From positions 52,018,001 to 52,082,000 of the forward strand of contig CM060732.1 of NCBI GenBank assembly GCA_030704615.1: a stretch of 64,000 nucleotides of DNA, in the 5' to 3' direction. The position numbers and the translations under genes are program-made. The notes beneath the pieces are model-generated. The model ran no database searches. It had not been told where the DNA came from and worked only from the letters and a program-made list of their open reading frames with translations. Below are positions 51,265-64,000 of this stretch, one piece after another; position 1 is the first letter of the stretch, and every line of letters begins with the position of its first letter. The DNA comes from Takakia lepidozioides. Its lineage: Eukaryota > Plantae > Bryophyta.

Positions 51265-52153
51265 CCTTTAGTGACAACACTTGGATATGATGGCAACATG
51301 GCGAGGTCCTGATTGAGTAGGAGGCCGTGCATGAGAAAACCCCTCCCCTCCTTTATTATTATGAATAATGTTGTGTAAAAAAGGTGCTCTGGGCTTCCAA
51401 TCAATGTCCATCTCAAAGAGTTTGTCAGCCTGCAATCCATCAATCCATCAGCTGTTGCCCACCACAAACAATATTACTAGGTGTATCTAAGGAGCTTCAC
51501 AGTACATGCATTTCCGGTTTGCAAGTTCGATTTACTGATTTGTCCATTCTTTCTACCTCTTCCTTTGGTATACACGGGTTGTGATCATTTCCAACGTGAA
51601 CCGAAAATGCAAGGTAGACTATTCATTGTGAATGTTCAAACATGGAAGTTTGGGTTAACGGTGAAATACACACCACCTCTCTCATTCTACCTTTCACTCA
51701 CAAGGACCTCGTAATGCTGGGGAATAGGTGCAGCCCGAGTGTGCAAAAGAGAGAGTGGGGAAAAATGAACAAAATCAATCAAACTGAAAACGCAAAATGG
51801 GAAATGCAAATAAGAACACAAATGAGAACAATTAAAGGGGGGAAACGAAAATGAAGACGAATTGCTTATACATTTCCTCTTACACAGTATAAGAATTTGA
51901 AACCCTGTTGAAAGCGGGGGAAAAAATTTGGTGAGGCAAAAAACCTATGAAAAGTACAAGGCGTTTGGCTGGGGGACGAATCCGGGGTGGCTCTGGGTCC
52001 ATTCCATGGACGATGGGCGTCTTGAAGTAAATGTCAAAAATACTGAGCATGTACAGCGAATGCAATACAACCCCCAGCACCACCAAACCCACCTCCCTCC
52101 TCCCCGCCGCCCCATTTCCCTTCTCATGCCTAACCTGCACACTGCTGTCTCAT
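51265..52153 (-). pseudogene. PIGN: GPI ethanolamine-phosphate transferase 1 (PIG-N/MCD4) 5' fragment, two decayed exons
   Basis: RREVGLVVLGVVLHSLYMLSIFDIYFKTPIVHGMDP..PPAKRLVLFI; second exon ADGL..ADKLFE..RAPFL..SHARPPTQSGPRHVAII..SVVTKG with frameshifts; no further exons. Confidence 0.85.
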
Positions 52154-53585
52154 AACGCTTGAGCTTTGAGCTTTGCAGGCTGGCTACCCCCTTGCGTAGA
52201 GCGACCTGAACATCATGTATACAGTGAACTCATCTGAGCTTTTTGGACAGCTTATTCCCAAGGACCAATGGTGAGCCATGAATGGTGCACATTATTGGGG
52301 TTATGATCTGGTATATATCTCTAGTCTTAAACGTAAGCTATGTAATGGGGTTTCAGGAGGGTTCCCGTCCATAATTTTGATCTTATGTACAGTACATTAA
52401 TTTTACATATAGACTTGGTTGAGGCTTGAGCTTCAGATTCCTTTACCTGGATTTTCCCCGTAAACTGAGATGGACCTGGCAAGAAAGGAAGAACTCCAAC
52501 TGGAGGTCCTTGGCCCGTATCACCCTTACCTAGAGCTGCATTCAGTCCACTGTACATATCCCTAGTGCTTTCAGACTTATGTCTAATGTTGTAAGTATGG
52601 TCTCGTATCTCTAACTAACAATACAGGGGTCATGTATTCCATATGCGAAGAAATCATAAACTTGTATATTAAATGTCATAACTTGGTGGTGGTTATAGAT
52701 CTATCATAGACACTGTCATATAGAGCTTCAGATTCCTAAGTTGCTAAATTTCAGACAAATCCAGGTAACCTCAAGATATATGGACCGAAGACAGAAAGAA
52801 CCACTAGAGATTTAAGAACCACTAAGAAACTCTAGTACGTAATGGCCAGAGCCGGGTAAACTCTCCAGAAGAGACGCAACCATGGCCACTATGTACATGT
52901 GTAGCTACATGGAATCAGCCCTGGGACGTCCTTGGCCCATATATTCTGTAGGCTTCTCCTCACTCCAAGTTGTGCAATCTGGACAATAGTGCAACTTCTG
53001 CAGTGGTACACTCAAATCAAGGATGGATAAAATTAGCGATAATCTGCATCAACAAAAGTGCGTCATCTCAATCCATGTGAACTCTGAAAGAGCTCTGCAG
53101 GTTTTGAATTGACATCATGTTGTAAATGAGATCTAGTGTAAATATCAGGCATCAAAAGCTATTTTTTGGAGGATCTGGATCTAGCCATACATACCATGGG
53201 GGATTCCTCTCTACATAGAAGAGTTAACCCTGAGCCAAGCTGATAATTTAAGTCAAGATTAATTATGAAGAGGAGTGGTAATTACCATAATTTCAGCTCA
53301 TGTGCAATTGTTAAATTGTATCCACTAGGTCTAGCCAGGCAAAGCCCTGAAGTCTAATAGGCCAGAGAGCCATATTGTGCCCAGGTAATCAATTGATAAT
53401 GGGATCAAGTAGTTCCAAGGCTGTTAATCTATGTTGGAAGGAAAGATATTTAACCACATATATATACGTACATGTCTCTCAGTGTTGAATTGTACATATA
53501 CTTGTAGCGAATATTTATTTCCAAGGAGCTCTTTGATCTGTACACTAGTTCCGTAAATAATTAGGAGGGAACCCAAAGCTGTAAT

Positions 53586-55890
53586 TCTATATAGAGAATT
53601 TGTATGTACATCTAGATTTCTTTGTACAGAGAGCTCTGGCTCTTTTGCCTTAAATACCTAGAGGAGAGATACCACACGCACTCGCATACATACATGATGA
53701 ATCGGATAACTACAGAATAGACCCAAGCTATTCCAAACAAAAATTGGAGTGCTCAGTCAATTAATGACTGCACATACGTGGACCAGCTATATGTATAACT
53801 CTGTAGTGCCTAAGAAAGTAAGTGCAAAGAACATATAGGGCTCCACCAATTGTGCTCAAAGCGTAGGAGTGTATCTGTCAAGTGACGTTTTGACGTTGAA
53901 TCGAAGGAGTATTGTGTGCACTGTAAGGAAGGTCTCAGATGACAGAGATAGTGTAGTAAAAGTGTGCCAGTCAAAAGAAGATCTAAGTAACACAAAGAAT
54001 TGATTCAGGAGTTTGACAGGAATGGCGTACATTCACTCTTCGTTTTGATTCTGATATTGATTTGAGTCTTGAGCATGTGGAGGCATCCTTAAATTCTATC
54101 AGGAATGTCGGACATGTCGACTGAAGATTCGATTTTGATTTAGTCTCCTGTGGAGGCGCAAGTGTCTTTGGAGTGCAAGCTTGGAATGACAGGAGTCCTG
54201 ACAAGGCTTCATGCATTTGATCTTGTTCTCAAGGATAAGCAGACTGTTGTTACAAATCACATGTCAACGCTATGCACCTTAGCTACTAATCACTCATTGT
54301 GAGGGAAGTCCCCTGGGTCCACTTTAGCACTTAGTACTGTAAACAGACATGACCTCATATGAATCTCAACATGTTCAGAAGACTAAGACCACTTTTATAC
54401 AGAGTTTGAAGAATACCAAATCCTTGCATCAGCGGCGCCATTGGTTTTACTTTGTCGCGGTGTGAGAGATTTGCGGTGTAATTAGAAACTTCCGTGCAAT
54501 TGAAGGTCCACATTACTAAATTAGTAACTGCACAAATTATACACTCCTCAATTTGTACATGCTCAGCATTGGATTTCTCATTCTATAACATTGAGAGGTG
54601 TCACACCAGAGATCTACTCTTGAAAATTTATACTGCATATGGAAGTCCTGCCTATTACTGGAAGTACGGAAGGAGCCTAAGGTTCATGAGCACGTGTTGC
54701 AGCATTGAGAGCAACTCAAAACCATAAATTTGAGTCTCATATGTACCTACATTGATTACTCAAAGGACCCAGCACCCAGAGCTACGTCGAAGATAAAGAA
54801 GATTTAGGCAGTGTTAAGTTAAGACTGCCTCGTATGTTAAAATGGCCCACAAATGACATTAGTTCTATTAACACGTGTGCAAGTAACGACAATAGACAAT
54901 AGCAGGCCTCCAGAAGCTGGATGATTTGACACTTAGGCACCTCCTCACGGATTGCACGGAGAACTTAGTCGTTAAGACCACACACTGCACACGGGTTTGC
55001 ATGTATACTAATTATCTCATCTGCAATGGCTACCGTATTTCGTGGAGAAGGCCTATCATCGTACAGCTGCTATCGCAGTCGTTACTACAAAACAAAAAAG
55101 ATTGATCACTTGTAAGTTGTTGCATTCTGAAGGCGTGGTATGATGAAGGTGAAGACTTGCAAATGTTGAGAGTCTGTGAAATTCCAACAGATACCATCAA
55201 TCCTCAAACTAAGGGCTTTGTGGGGGACACTTTAAACTCTCATCCTCATGACACTGCACCAAACATTCAAATTTGATGAAATGTTTGGGAATTTTGGACA
55301 TGTAATGAGGACTACTTACAAGCATCTGTCAAGATTTGAGATGTGGGGGGGTTTATTATTGGCTCATTTGAGTTTGTAACCGCCTGCCTCAGTCAACCCA
55401 GTGTCGAACTGGAAAATGGGTGGGCTTTTATAAAGGAATTTTGGGAGTAAAAATCGAAAATTTCGCCAGAAAGTGCCAATGGTTAAATATTAAGAGCCAG
55501 AATTTTCCTGCGTGGACCTCTTAAAATGTGACACTTGTTATATAGCCACTTTTCTAAGCCTGCCACCTCGTTATTCTCGCCACATGGGCACTGGATAGAA
55601 TTTACATGTAGCCTTTGTGGCGATTTTGGAAAAAACAAAACAGTGAGTCAGCCCCAATGAGCCATAATTATGGCTAAAATTCATCTATGAGATCATGATA
55701 AATTGCGTGCAGAACTAACTTGTGAAGAAAAGAGAATGTAAATCACATTCACCTAAGTACAGCAAGACCATGGCATGGATGAGTACAATTCTTGCCCATC
55801 CACTTCAGATGAGGAGAGAGATCAGTTTGAGATTGGAGTTAAAATACATGAACTGGCAAGTCAAAGTTTGCCATAAAGAATGATCCATTA
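53586..55890 (+). repeat. ~2.3-kb dispersed repeat, copy 2 (possibly a decayed F-box/LRR gene starting ~52900)
   Basis: Co-linear with 2860-5350; upstream WNQPWDVL.HIFCRLL (~52910) is weakly F-box-like. Confidence 0.85.
55399..55645. mobile_element. 247-bp hAT-like MITE with 8-bp TSD
   Basis: Absent from repeat copy 1; flanked by AGTCAACC (55391-55398) and AGTCAGCC (55646-55653); starts CAGTG. Confidence 0.75.
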
Positions 55891-55924
55891 CAACAAGGAG
55901 ATAACCGTAGTCAGATAATGTAAA

Positions 55925-56088
55925 AGTATGACGCCTCCCCAAGGGATCCAGTGTCTCTTCACCACAAGGGCTACTGCCTTCCAGCTGAAAGGTGGACACC
56001 TTCGTGACACACATGACACACCAGACCGTGGTTTGAACCCACAACCACATCCAACGTGGTATGTGCCCATTACCACTGGGCTACATGC
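55925..56088 (-). mobile_element. tRNA-derived SINE remnant
   Basis: Minus strand TAGCCCAGTGGTAA (A box) ... GTGGTTGTGGGTTCAAACC (B box); a related B-box segment lies on + at ~49905. Confidence 0.5.
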
Positions 56089-56840
56089 TAGTCACATATT
56101 TTACCTTTGAACTGCGGCAATGAAACTAGGGCTTCGTGTTTCTCCGCACTACTACTAGCGACGAAGTCTGAGAACTATGTTCAATTTTTCACAAAAAAAG
56201 GGCTGGGTCATCCCCACGGTGGTACATGCAGAGATCCCGTGTTTTGTTTTTTTCTGGAAGAAAAGTGGCAGATCTGCATTTCAACATTCAATTTTCACAA
56301 GCCGCATCAATCAATAACAACATACCCAAATACCCTTACATTCACTGTAGGAACTTTCAAGCATCCACCATGGGATTGGATCAAGGCTAGCTTTTGACAA
56401 TATTCATGCAAGTTCATCAAGGGCTCCATCCAAAACCACACCACGAGAAACAAACACATGTCCAAATTTAAGATGCTGAACAAACTTGTGCACAGGGCTG
56501 CCCCTCTCATCAAGCTCATTAAAATTCGTATTCACTTCCATCTTGAAGCTTTGGAGAAGCTCCACCACCCAAACCCAGAATTAGGACAACACTCTGATTT
56601 CCATCCACTGTCACCAAAATCAATAAAAAATCACCCCTTCAGTCAAGTGCAATTATGGGCTGACTTCCCACCCATGCCGGGTAGACCCCACTATCATTTC
56701 CTGTGGATTTATGGCACAGGAAATTCACTCAACAGTACATCATGGTCAATACTTTCGGGAAATGGTGGATGGTGTGAGTAGCTAAGTCACAGATCAATGA
56801 ATGAAGCAAGACACTCGCATCTTTCCAAGAAGACATCCTT

Positions 56841-58945
56841 TCACCAGTAATCACCACAAGAACAAATCCTATCTTAAGTGGTGAAAGCAGTTAACGTCCC
56901 GTACAACAATTGCTCGGCCAACAATCTTTGAGATGAATTTGGTGGAGGTGTGGCAGTCATCATGAGACGGAGAGGCGTCCTAGGGGTCATGCTGATCAGC
57001 TCAAAACCAATGGCCAGCTTCTCACTGTGGTGGCAAAGAGAAAATTCCTTTTCCTCCTCTCCACATCATGCAATACAAAGCGCCTGTCAGGCACATACCC
57101 CGCCTCCTTCATCTTCCCAGACAATCTTCTCAGCTCAGCATGGATTTCCTTAATTCTGGGATGCACAGCGACCTGGCTCCTTTTCAACCCCAATGACCTT
57201 CATCATTCTTCTCACCTTTACAGTATCAACCCACCTGCCAGCTGCAACATAGATTTTTGATAGCAACATAAGTTGCGGCATCCTGTTCATTCCACTTGAG
57301 GATAGATGTTGCCGCACGTTGAGCCATCTCTACATTGTCATGGATTCTGCAGGCACTAAACAAGGCCTTCCACACCACAACATCTGGATTGATTGGCATT
57401 TTATTAATCAGGTCCACTGCCTCATCCAGTTGTCCCGCACGTCCAAGAAGGTCCACCATGCAGCCAAAGTGCTATACTGTCGGAGTGACACCATGATCTT
57501 GAATCAGGGAATCGAAGTAGCATCTACCTTCATTCAGAAGGCTAGTGTGGATGCATGCAGAGAGAACACATACTGCTTCAAGCCGTTCTTTTGCATTCCT
57601 TCAAATAGTTGCAGGACCTCCCTATGACAACCATGTTGTGCATATCCTGCGATCATTGCATTCCACGACACCACATCTCATTCAGCCATATTGTTGAACA
57701 CTCCCTTGCATCCTCCATGCACCCACATTTGGCATACATGTCCACCAGGGCAGAGTTCAAGATCACATCTGGTACAATTCCAGCTTTGACGATGTTGCCA
57801 TGCACCTCTTCGCCCTTTTCCAGGGCTACCAGGCTTGCACACGTACTGCAAACGCACACAAACGTGATGTGGTCGGGCTTCACCCCGTCGCACATCATTT
57901 GCTCATAGGTCTCCAAAGCCTCCATCCCACGTCCCTGCTATGCATACCCTGCAAGCACCGCACTCCACGACACCACACCTCGTTCAGCCATAGTGTCGAA
58001 CACTCCCTTTGCATCCTAGATGCACCCACATTTTGCAAACTTGTCCACCAGGGCATTGTTTAGAATGACAGCTGGTACAATTCCAGCTCTGAAGATGTCG
58101 CCATGGACCTCTTCCCCCTTTTCCAGAGCTGCCAGGGCAGTGTTTAGAATGACATTTGGTACAATTCCAGCTTTGACGATATCCCCATGCACCTCTTTGC
58201 CCTTCTCTAGGGCTGCCAGGCTTGCATGACGCCACATCTTGTTCAGCCATAGTGTTGAACACTCCCTTTGCGTCCTAGATGCACCCACATTTTGCAAACA
58301 TGTCCGTGGTATTGTTCAGAATGAAATCTAGTACAATTCCAGCTCTGAAGATGTCGCCATGGACCTCTTTGCCCCTTTCCAGAGCTGCCAGGCTTGTACA
58401 CGCATTGCAAACGCACCCAAACGTGATGTGGTCGGGCTTCACCCCTTCTCCCATCATTTGTTCATAAGTCTCCAAAGGGTCCTACCACGTTTTTGCTGTG
58501 CATACCCTGCAAGCATCGCGTCCAATGGCACCACATCTCGTTCAACCATAGTGTTGAAAACTCCTTTCACATCCTTAATGCCCCCACATTTGGCATACAT
58601 GTCCACCAGAGCGGTTTGCAGAATGACATGTGGTACAATTCCAGCTTTGACGATGTCACCATGGACCTCTTTCCCCTTTTCCAGAGCTCCCCGGATTGCA
58701 CACGCATTGTAAACACAAAGTGGTTGGGCTTCACCCTTTCGTGCAGCATTTGCTCATAGGTCTCAAAGCATTCCTACCACACCCGTGCTTGGTAAATCCT
58801 GCCAACATTATGTTCCACATGATCAAACATCGTCGAGGCATTATGTTGAACACTTGGTGAGCATCCATCTCTACATTGTCATGGATTCTGCAGGCACTAA
58901 ACAAGGCCTTCCACACCACAACATCTGGATTGATTGGCATTTTAT
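56841..58945 (-). pseudogene. PLS-class PPR protein with E and DYW domains (organellar RNA-editing factor type), pseudogene
   Basis: Repeated VKPDHITF..ALEKGKEVHGDI..NALVDMYAKCG; MVDLLGRAGQLDEA..WKALFSACRIH; [25 protein letters not shown] (stop 56841-56843). Many frameshifts, and the KNLRVC region is deleted. Confidence 0.92.
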
Positions 58946-59549
58946 TCTGACGAGAGGGCAAAACAGGCTGAAATAGGTCGAAGAAGAAGGTGCCCTCACC
59001 ACATTGTCCTTGACCTTGTGGCATGACCCATGGAGGATTTGACCATTGAACCTCTTGTGTGTGCTGCTTGTGTCTGTAGTCAAGTGATGTCGGATTGGTT
59101 TGTGAGAACCACCACGGTGCAGCTGGGCAGGCATAGATTGAAACACGGCCTGCTAAGAGCTGACTCTCCCAACTTGTAATCATAATCAGGAAGAATATCA
59201 AATCATGGTACTAGCAGGAGCCAAGAGCCCAAGCATGATGTACAAACTTCTTCACATCGTGCATTAAGAAAAAGCCACGCCTTGCGATTGCGGCCTCCAT
59301 GAAAATAGCTTGAGACAGCTCGAGAACTCATTTTTGGTATTTTCGGGCAGTTCGGGCAGATTCCAAACAAAATGACGACGATGACATGGCGACGTCGAAA
59401 TGTGGCGACGAAGAATGTGTCTAAAACATGTCCCACGGTACCTTGGACTTGAAAGTACTTGGAAAAAAAACTCTTTTCAACAAGCATCCATGTAATCCAA
59501 GTTGAAGGAAATCGTAGGCATACATCTCATCACTAAACATCTATCTACG

Positions 59550-61070
59550 CAACGCCATGTAGACCACTTTATTAATGGGTGACATCTTGCTTGTTAAATT
59601 TCCACTCATTCAGATCTCGCATTGTTTGCCACAAATCCCCATTAGGAGATGGCGCAACACAACGAAACCCCAAAAAGGGTAAAACTTGCCAAGAGCCTTC
59701 ACAAACACAAAAAATAGGCCTACTAGTATCAAATACCAAGGAACTTTTTCTTAATTCTGTTAGCACAAGACATGAACATAAATGAGCACATCCTTCTATG
59801 GGAAGATGATTCCCATCTACCATACATGAAATCTCATCAGCCCATCTCTAGATGGGAGATGATATAACTCAGCTTCTATTGAGAAAGAAACAATTATAGC
59901 AATGAAATAGGGTGATAAGCTTATAACTCGACTTCTATTGATAAAGAAACAATAGCAATGAAATGGGGTGATAAGCTTGCAAATACGCCTAATACACATG
60001 TAAGTAAAATTGAAGCAAGTGAGCAAGGTCAAGACATCAATGAATGGACTCCAGTATTTGTGACCACTTATCTCTTAAGTTTGTAGAGCACCAAATGTGT
60101 GATTTCATGAAAGAACATAGTCATAATTATTGTTGAGAAAGGAAAATAAACTATATTGAAATCTTATGAAAATAGGAGTGACACAAGAAGTGGGATCAAT
60201 AACCATCTCCCAATCGTCCATGACATGAGATCCAACACCCTTTCTATTAATCTTATGAAAGCTTTGCCCCATGGAAATCTCTGCACCAACACTAATATCA
60301 GTTTGGAGGTATTTGCCCAAAGTTTCGATGAGATCTCTTCTATTTTCTATTCTAAAATTTGTATTTCTTGTCTGCATGAGGTATACGATTAAGAGACATC
60401 GGTAGAGTTTCCAAAACAACACACCTCGGTGCAACAGCTCTTTATGGAGTAAAATAGACAACTGAGTTCCAAGGCAACAAACACAAATATGAATCTCTCA
60501 ATATCTTAGATAGAGTAAAATAGACTTCTCGACAATAACCACAAATGGAGTCTTTCAGTGTGAAAGATACTTTGGCAGAAGTTACAAACCATAAACTTTT
60601 TATCTTAAAAAATTGTGGTAACTTCTTTTCGGGAGATTTTCACACTCATCACAAATTGTCGTTATACAACACCGAGGAAGAGATGCTAATCAAATTGAAC
60701 GTTGCAGCCATTCTCTCTAAATGGGGGAGGACATAAGCAAGATTGGGAATTGGACTTTGGTGTGGTGTGTGTGGCTGGAGCTACAGCTTTGGTAGACTTA
60801 GTACATACAGACGACTGAAGCAAGTATGGTCTCGGGAAGCCTTCAAAGCAGGGACATGATCCACTAGGGTAGCAACGGGGTTTGGTGCAACCGCTTGCAG
60901 TGTCGGTGGAGTAAATTTATAAGTTTTAAGCTGTTCTATTGAAGTTGTTAGGAGACATGCGAACTTTTTTAAAGAAATACAGTGTTATATCTTTTGCATT
61001 TATGTGTGAAACTTGACTTCACAACACACTCAACCCCCACGTTAGAGTGCCTAAGAAAACCCTATGTTTG
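59550..61070 (-). mobile_element. Strongly decayed copia-like RT/RNase H remnant
   Basis: IAIVSLSIEVEL and IVSFSIEAEL resemble copia RNase H (SLSTxEAEY), duplicated at ~59870-59980; LTR-like CACTCAACCCCC at ~61027. Confidence 0.35.
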
Positions 61071-62539
61071 ATTGTATAAATTGAACACATCCATTTCTCC
61101 CCATTTTCCAGCATACATTTTTTCAGTGGTCAATTTCGTATGCAAACTGCTACCCCAAGATTATTATGTCATGGCAATTTTCAAATTAGTGGCTTGGCTA
61201 ATAAACGATGTTGTTCCAGCCCAGCTAACTTACATGTTTGAGCGTCCTATCATGGACGTCCATGATGATAAGGTTGAATTTCTTTCAAGATTTTTAATGT
61301 TCCGTTAGATGACGATAAGGTTGTCAATTGTTTTTCAAGATTTCTATTGTTTTGTCACAATAATCGACAAGTAAATGATGACAAATTTGAAAATCTTTTG
61401 ACAAACAACGTTTACACATGTATTGAATTCATAGATGTTGGTGGAATAACAATGAGTCCAACTAATTGATTCGCTACTAGAGAGGGTCATCTAGTAAATT
61501 AACCGACGGTTGTGGCGGAGTAAGGTTGATGTTAACATCACGTGAGATTTGTTGCAGCTGGTCATGCTTTATTCTCCCACAAATTGAGTAGATGTAGCTG
61601 TTTTCTTTCTCTCCAACTCTTGATGTTGCGATTCCAACATTGTCACAGGTCCGTCCTTACCCTTATCTTAGACCTATATGCATCTCGAATTTTTTTTTAT
61701 CATGAACTTTTGATTTGTTTATTTTTGATCATTTTTCTTTGGAGTTTCTTGACTGCCCCTATGTTAATAACTCTAATGCTACAATCTTATGTAAGTATTC
61801 CAGATCTTACAACTGCATCCTCACCTTCCCAACAATGGACATGTGTATGGCGACCCACCATAGTTTTCATTTTCTTACTTTGACTAGGGTTGGAACTTGA
61901 CAATTTGGATTTTGGAGAGTATATTTTTGTACTTCCAAGCACACTTTTAGCCAATTCCATGTTATTTAACCTTTAGACTCCTCTTAGACCTATATGTATC
62001 TCGAAACTTTTTGATCATGAACTTGGTGATTCGTTCCTTCTCGATCATTTTTCTTTGGAGTTTTCTAACTGTCATGCCAGTAACTCATCGCATCCTTGAG
62101 GCGGGAATTGTGCGCCCATATTTCTCTCATGGTCTCGTCAAAGGTCCCAATCCCAATGGCCGACTGCCGCACTTTCGCATCGTACTCCATGACCTTGAAG
62201 GCCATATAACAAACATATATGAAACATCCTGCCATGCAGGCTCTGGTAAATTGGGACAGAGCGGGGTACCGCTTTGACCATGTTGAGCATTGGGAGGGAG
62301 GAACACCTCGCTGGGATGGATGAGGCACGTTGGGATGGATGAGGCATGGCGTTGGGATGGAGGAGCACCAATACTACAATCTCCCATAGGTATTCCAGAT
62401 CTTACAACTGCATCCCAACTTTCCCAACAATGGGCATGTGCATGACACCCCATAGTCTCCCTTTTGTTACTAAGATTTGGGTTGGAACTTGACAATTTGG
62501 ATATTGTAACGTATATGGCAATATGTGTATTTTTCTAGA

Positions 62540-64000
62540 CCTCAAAATTGTTCGCTTCAACAACTTTTCTCCAAACAACCTCCTTACTGCCCTTGCTTAT
62601 ACCATCTAATTTTGCTATGAGTGACTTTTTGGTCATCCAAGGTGGACAAGAAACCAGAGAGTTCACTGTAGTTCTTATAGGACCCCGCGGCTGCTCCAAA
62701 ATTAGACCAAACTTGCACGCACAAGCCGGTAGAGGTGTCGTCATCGTGCATTCTCGCACTATTACAGTGCCTCAAAGCTGGATTGTAATTGTAAAAGAGA
62801 TTGATGCATTGCACGAGTTCATTCAATTGAAGGAACGACAAGTGGAGCGACTCCAACATATTATTTCAAACTTGGATACAATTGAGGATACCATGAAATT
62901 GATTGATTACCTAGAACAACATTACGTTATGGTTCTCAAATGAAACCGAAGCCACAAAGTACATAACCTGTGATAACATTTTCATGAATAAACTGTTTTC
63001 AGCATAAAAAGAACAAATGAAATCCTATACAGTTTCCAAACCAACAATTTAGGGAATACCACAAAATTCGAATTGTAGAAACCCTTCACTTCCACACACA
63101 GAACGTAGTTGAAAAAAATCCTTGATATCCCTGAGCATATCGGGAGGTCATATCTGAAACTGCAATGTCAAATACTTGATGAAAAAGCTTATGAAATGCC
63201 TGATTATTCTTGAATTGGGCAAGTTGCTCAATGCCGATAGCAATCTTGATGGGTTTGGAGCTGTGACAGGTCGCATCGCTCAACTTCGAAGAATCCAGCT
63301 TGGCATTTCTGAAAACTCTCAAAACCTCTGCATCCACGACCAAACCCCCGTGGCCAAATTCAGGAAAAGGGAAAAACTGACCGGTAAATCGAGATCACAT
63401 GGATGGATCAAGCTCTGGTATGGAAAAAAAATTGCTACACTTCTTTCCCTTCTACCCAAATTTGTTGAGTCTCATCAATATTTTGGTACAAGACGCAATC
63501 AACCCAAAAAAAGACCACGCAAAGATGTTTCACCTACGGCCCAAATGAATCCATTTCCTGAATTCAATCCAAGAAACGATGTAGAGATTGGACATTTTTG
63601 TGGTGGTACATATTGAAGAAAAATACAATTTGGAGTTCCATTTTGGGTGGGCAAAATGACGAACATGGATAGACAAGCTCATGATGACGGCAATGTACGA
63701 ATACTGGGTATTGGCCTAAAGCACCAAAATGTCTATCAACCAAATCGCAACAACCGATGAGAATTCGAGATAAAAATATCTATAGAGGTTGAATACCGAG
63801 TGACGATGGTGAAGACGATATTTCGGTAGATAGTATTTTTGTATCATGGTCAAATACAATTAGTACTTTCAATGGCATTACAGAAAGATTTAAGTAGAAA
63901 TTATCATGTCTCATAAGCCGTATTTATATTTCAACAATCACTGAATCTTGTGGTAGGTATGAAGATATTGGTAATGTCGATGAAAATGACTGTACACATG
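62540..64000 (+). mobile_element. Unclassified transposon-associated coding remnant, runs off the right edge
   Basis: Interrupted ORFs including FNPRNDVEIGHF...GVPFWVGK, in AT-rich decayed context. Confidence 0.35.

Noticed and set aside
2860-55890. The two 2.5-kb direct repeats as LTRs of one giant 53-kb element
   Set aside because: No TG...CA ends, PBS, PPT or TSD; the interior holds ordinary host genes.

Overview
Land-plant nuclear DNA with spliceosomal introns; probably a non-flowering plant, judged from the PLS/DYW PPR style and retroelement types. Intact-looking genes: OTU7-like deubiquitinase with SEC-C motif (12.1-17.5 kb, -), plastid-targeted LEA protein with an ABRE/G-box-rich promoter (36.5-37.7 kb, -) and a WAK-like receptor whose kinase lacks its catalytic residues (40.5-43.7 kb, -). 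Partial gene models: an orphan RS-rich multi-exon gene (-) and a divergent WIYLD-domain gene with RRSxRL repeats (+). Pseudogenes: ABCB transporter (first half deleted/frameshifted, second half open), PIGN fragment, PPR-E-DYW and a captured kinesin-13 fragment. Mobile/repeat DNA: Ty1/copia with a half-tRNAiMet primer site, a gag-only LTR element with an extra ORF, LINE and CACTA-like remnants, tRNA-derived SINEs, an hAT-like MITE and a 2.5-kb repeat present twice. The most striking structure is at 18.3-21.7 kb: an intron-containing Crypton/DUF3504-like tyrosine-recombinase element. It is bounded by a perfect 13-bp direct repeat next to a 66-bp palindrome and embedded in an A...B-A-B repeat arrangement. 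Its central catalytic segment sits inverted inside the gene's own 3' tail between 11-bp direct repeats. All family calls come from motif recognition by eye; no database search was run.
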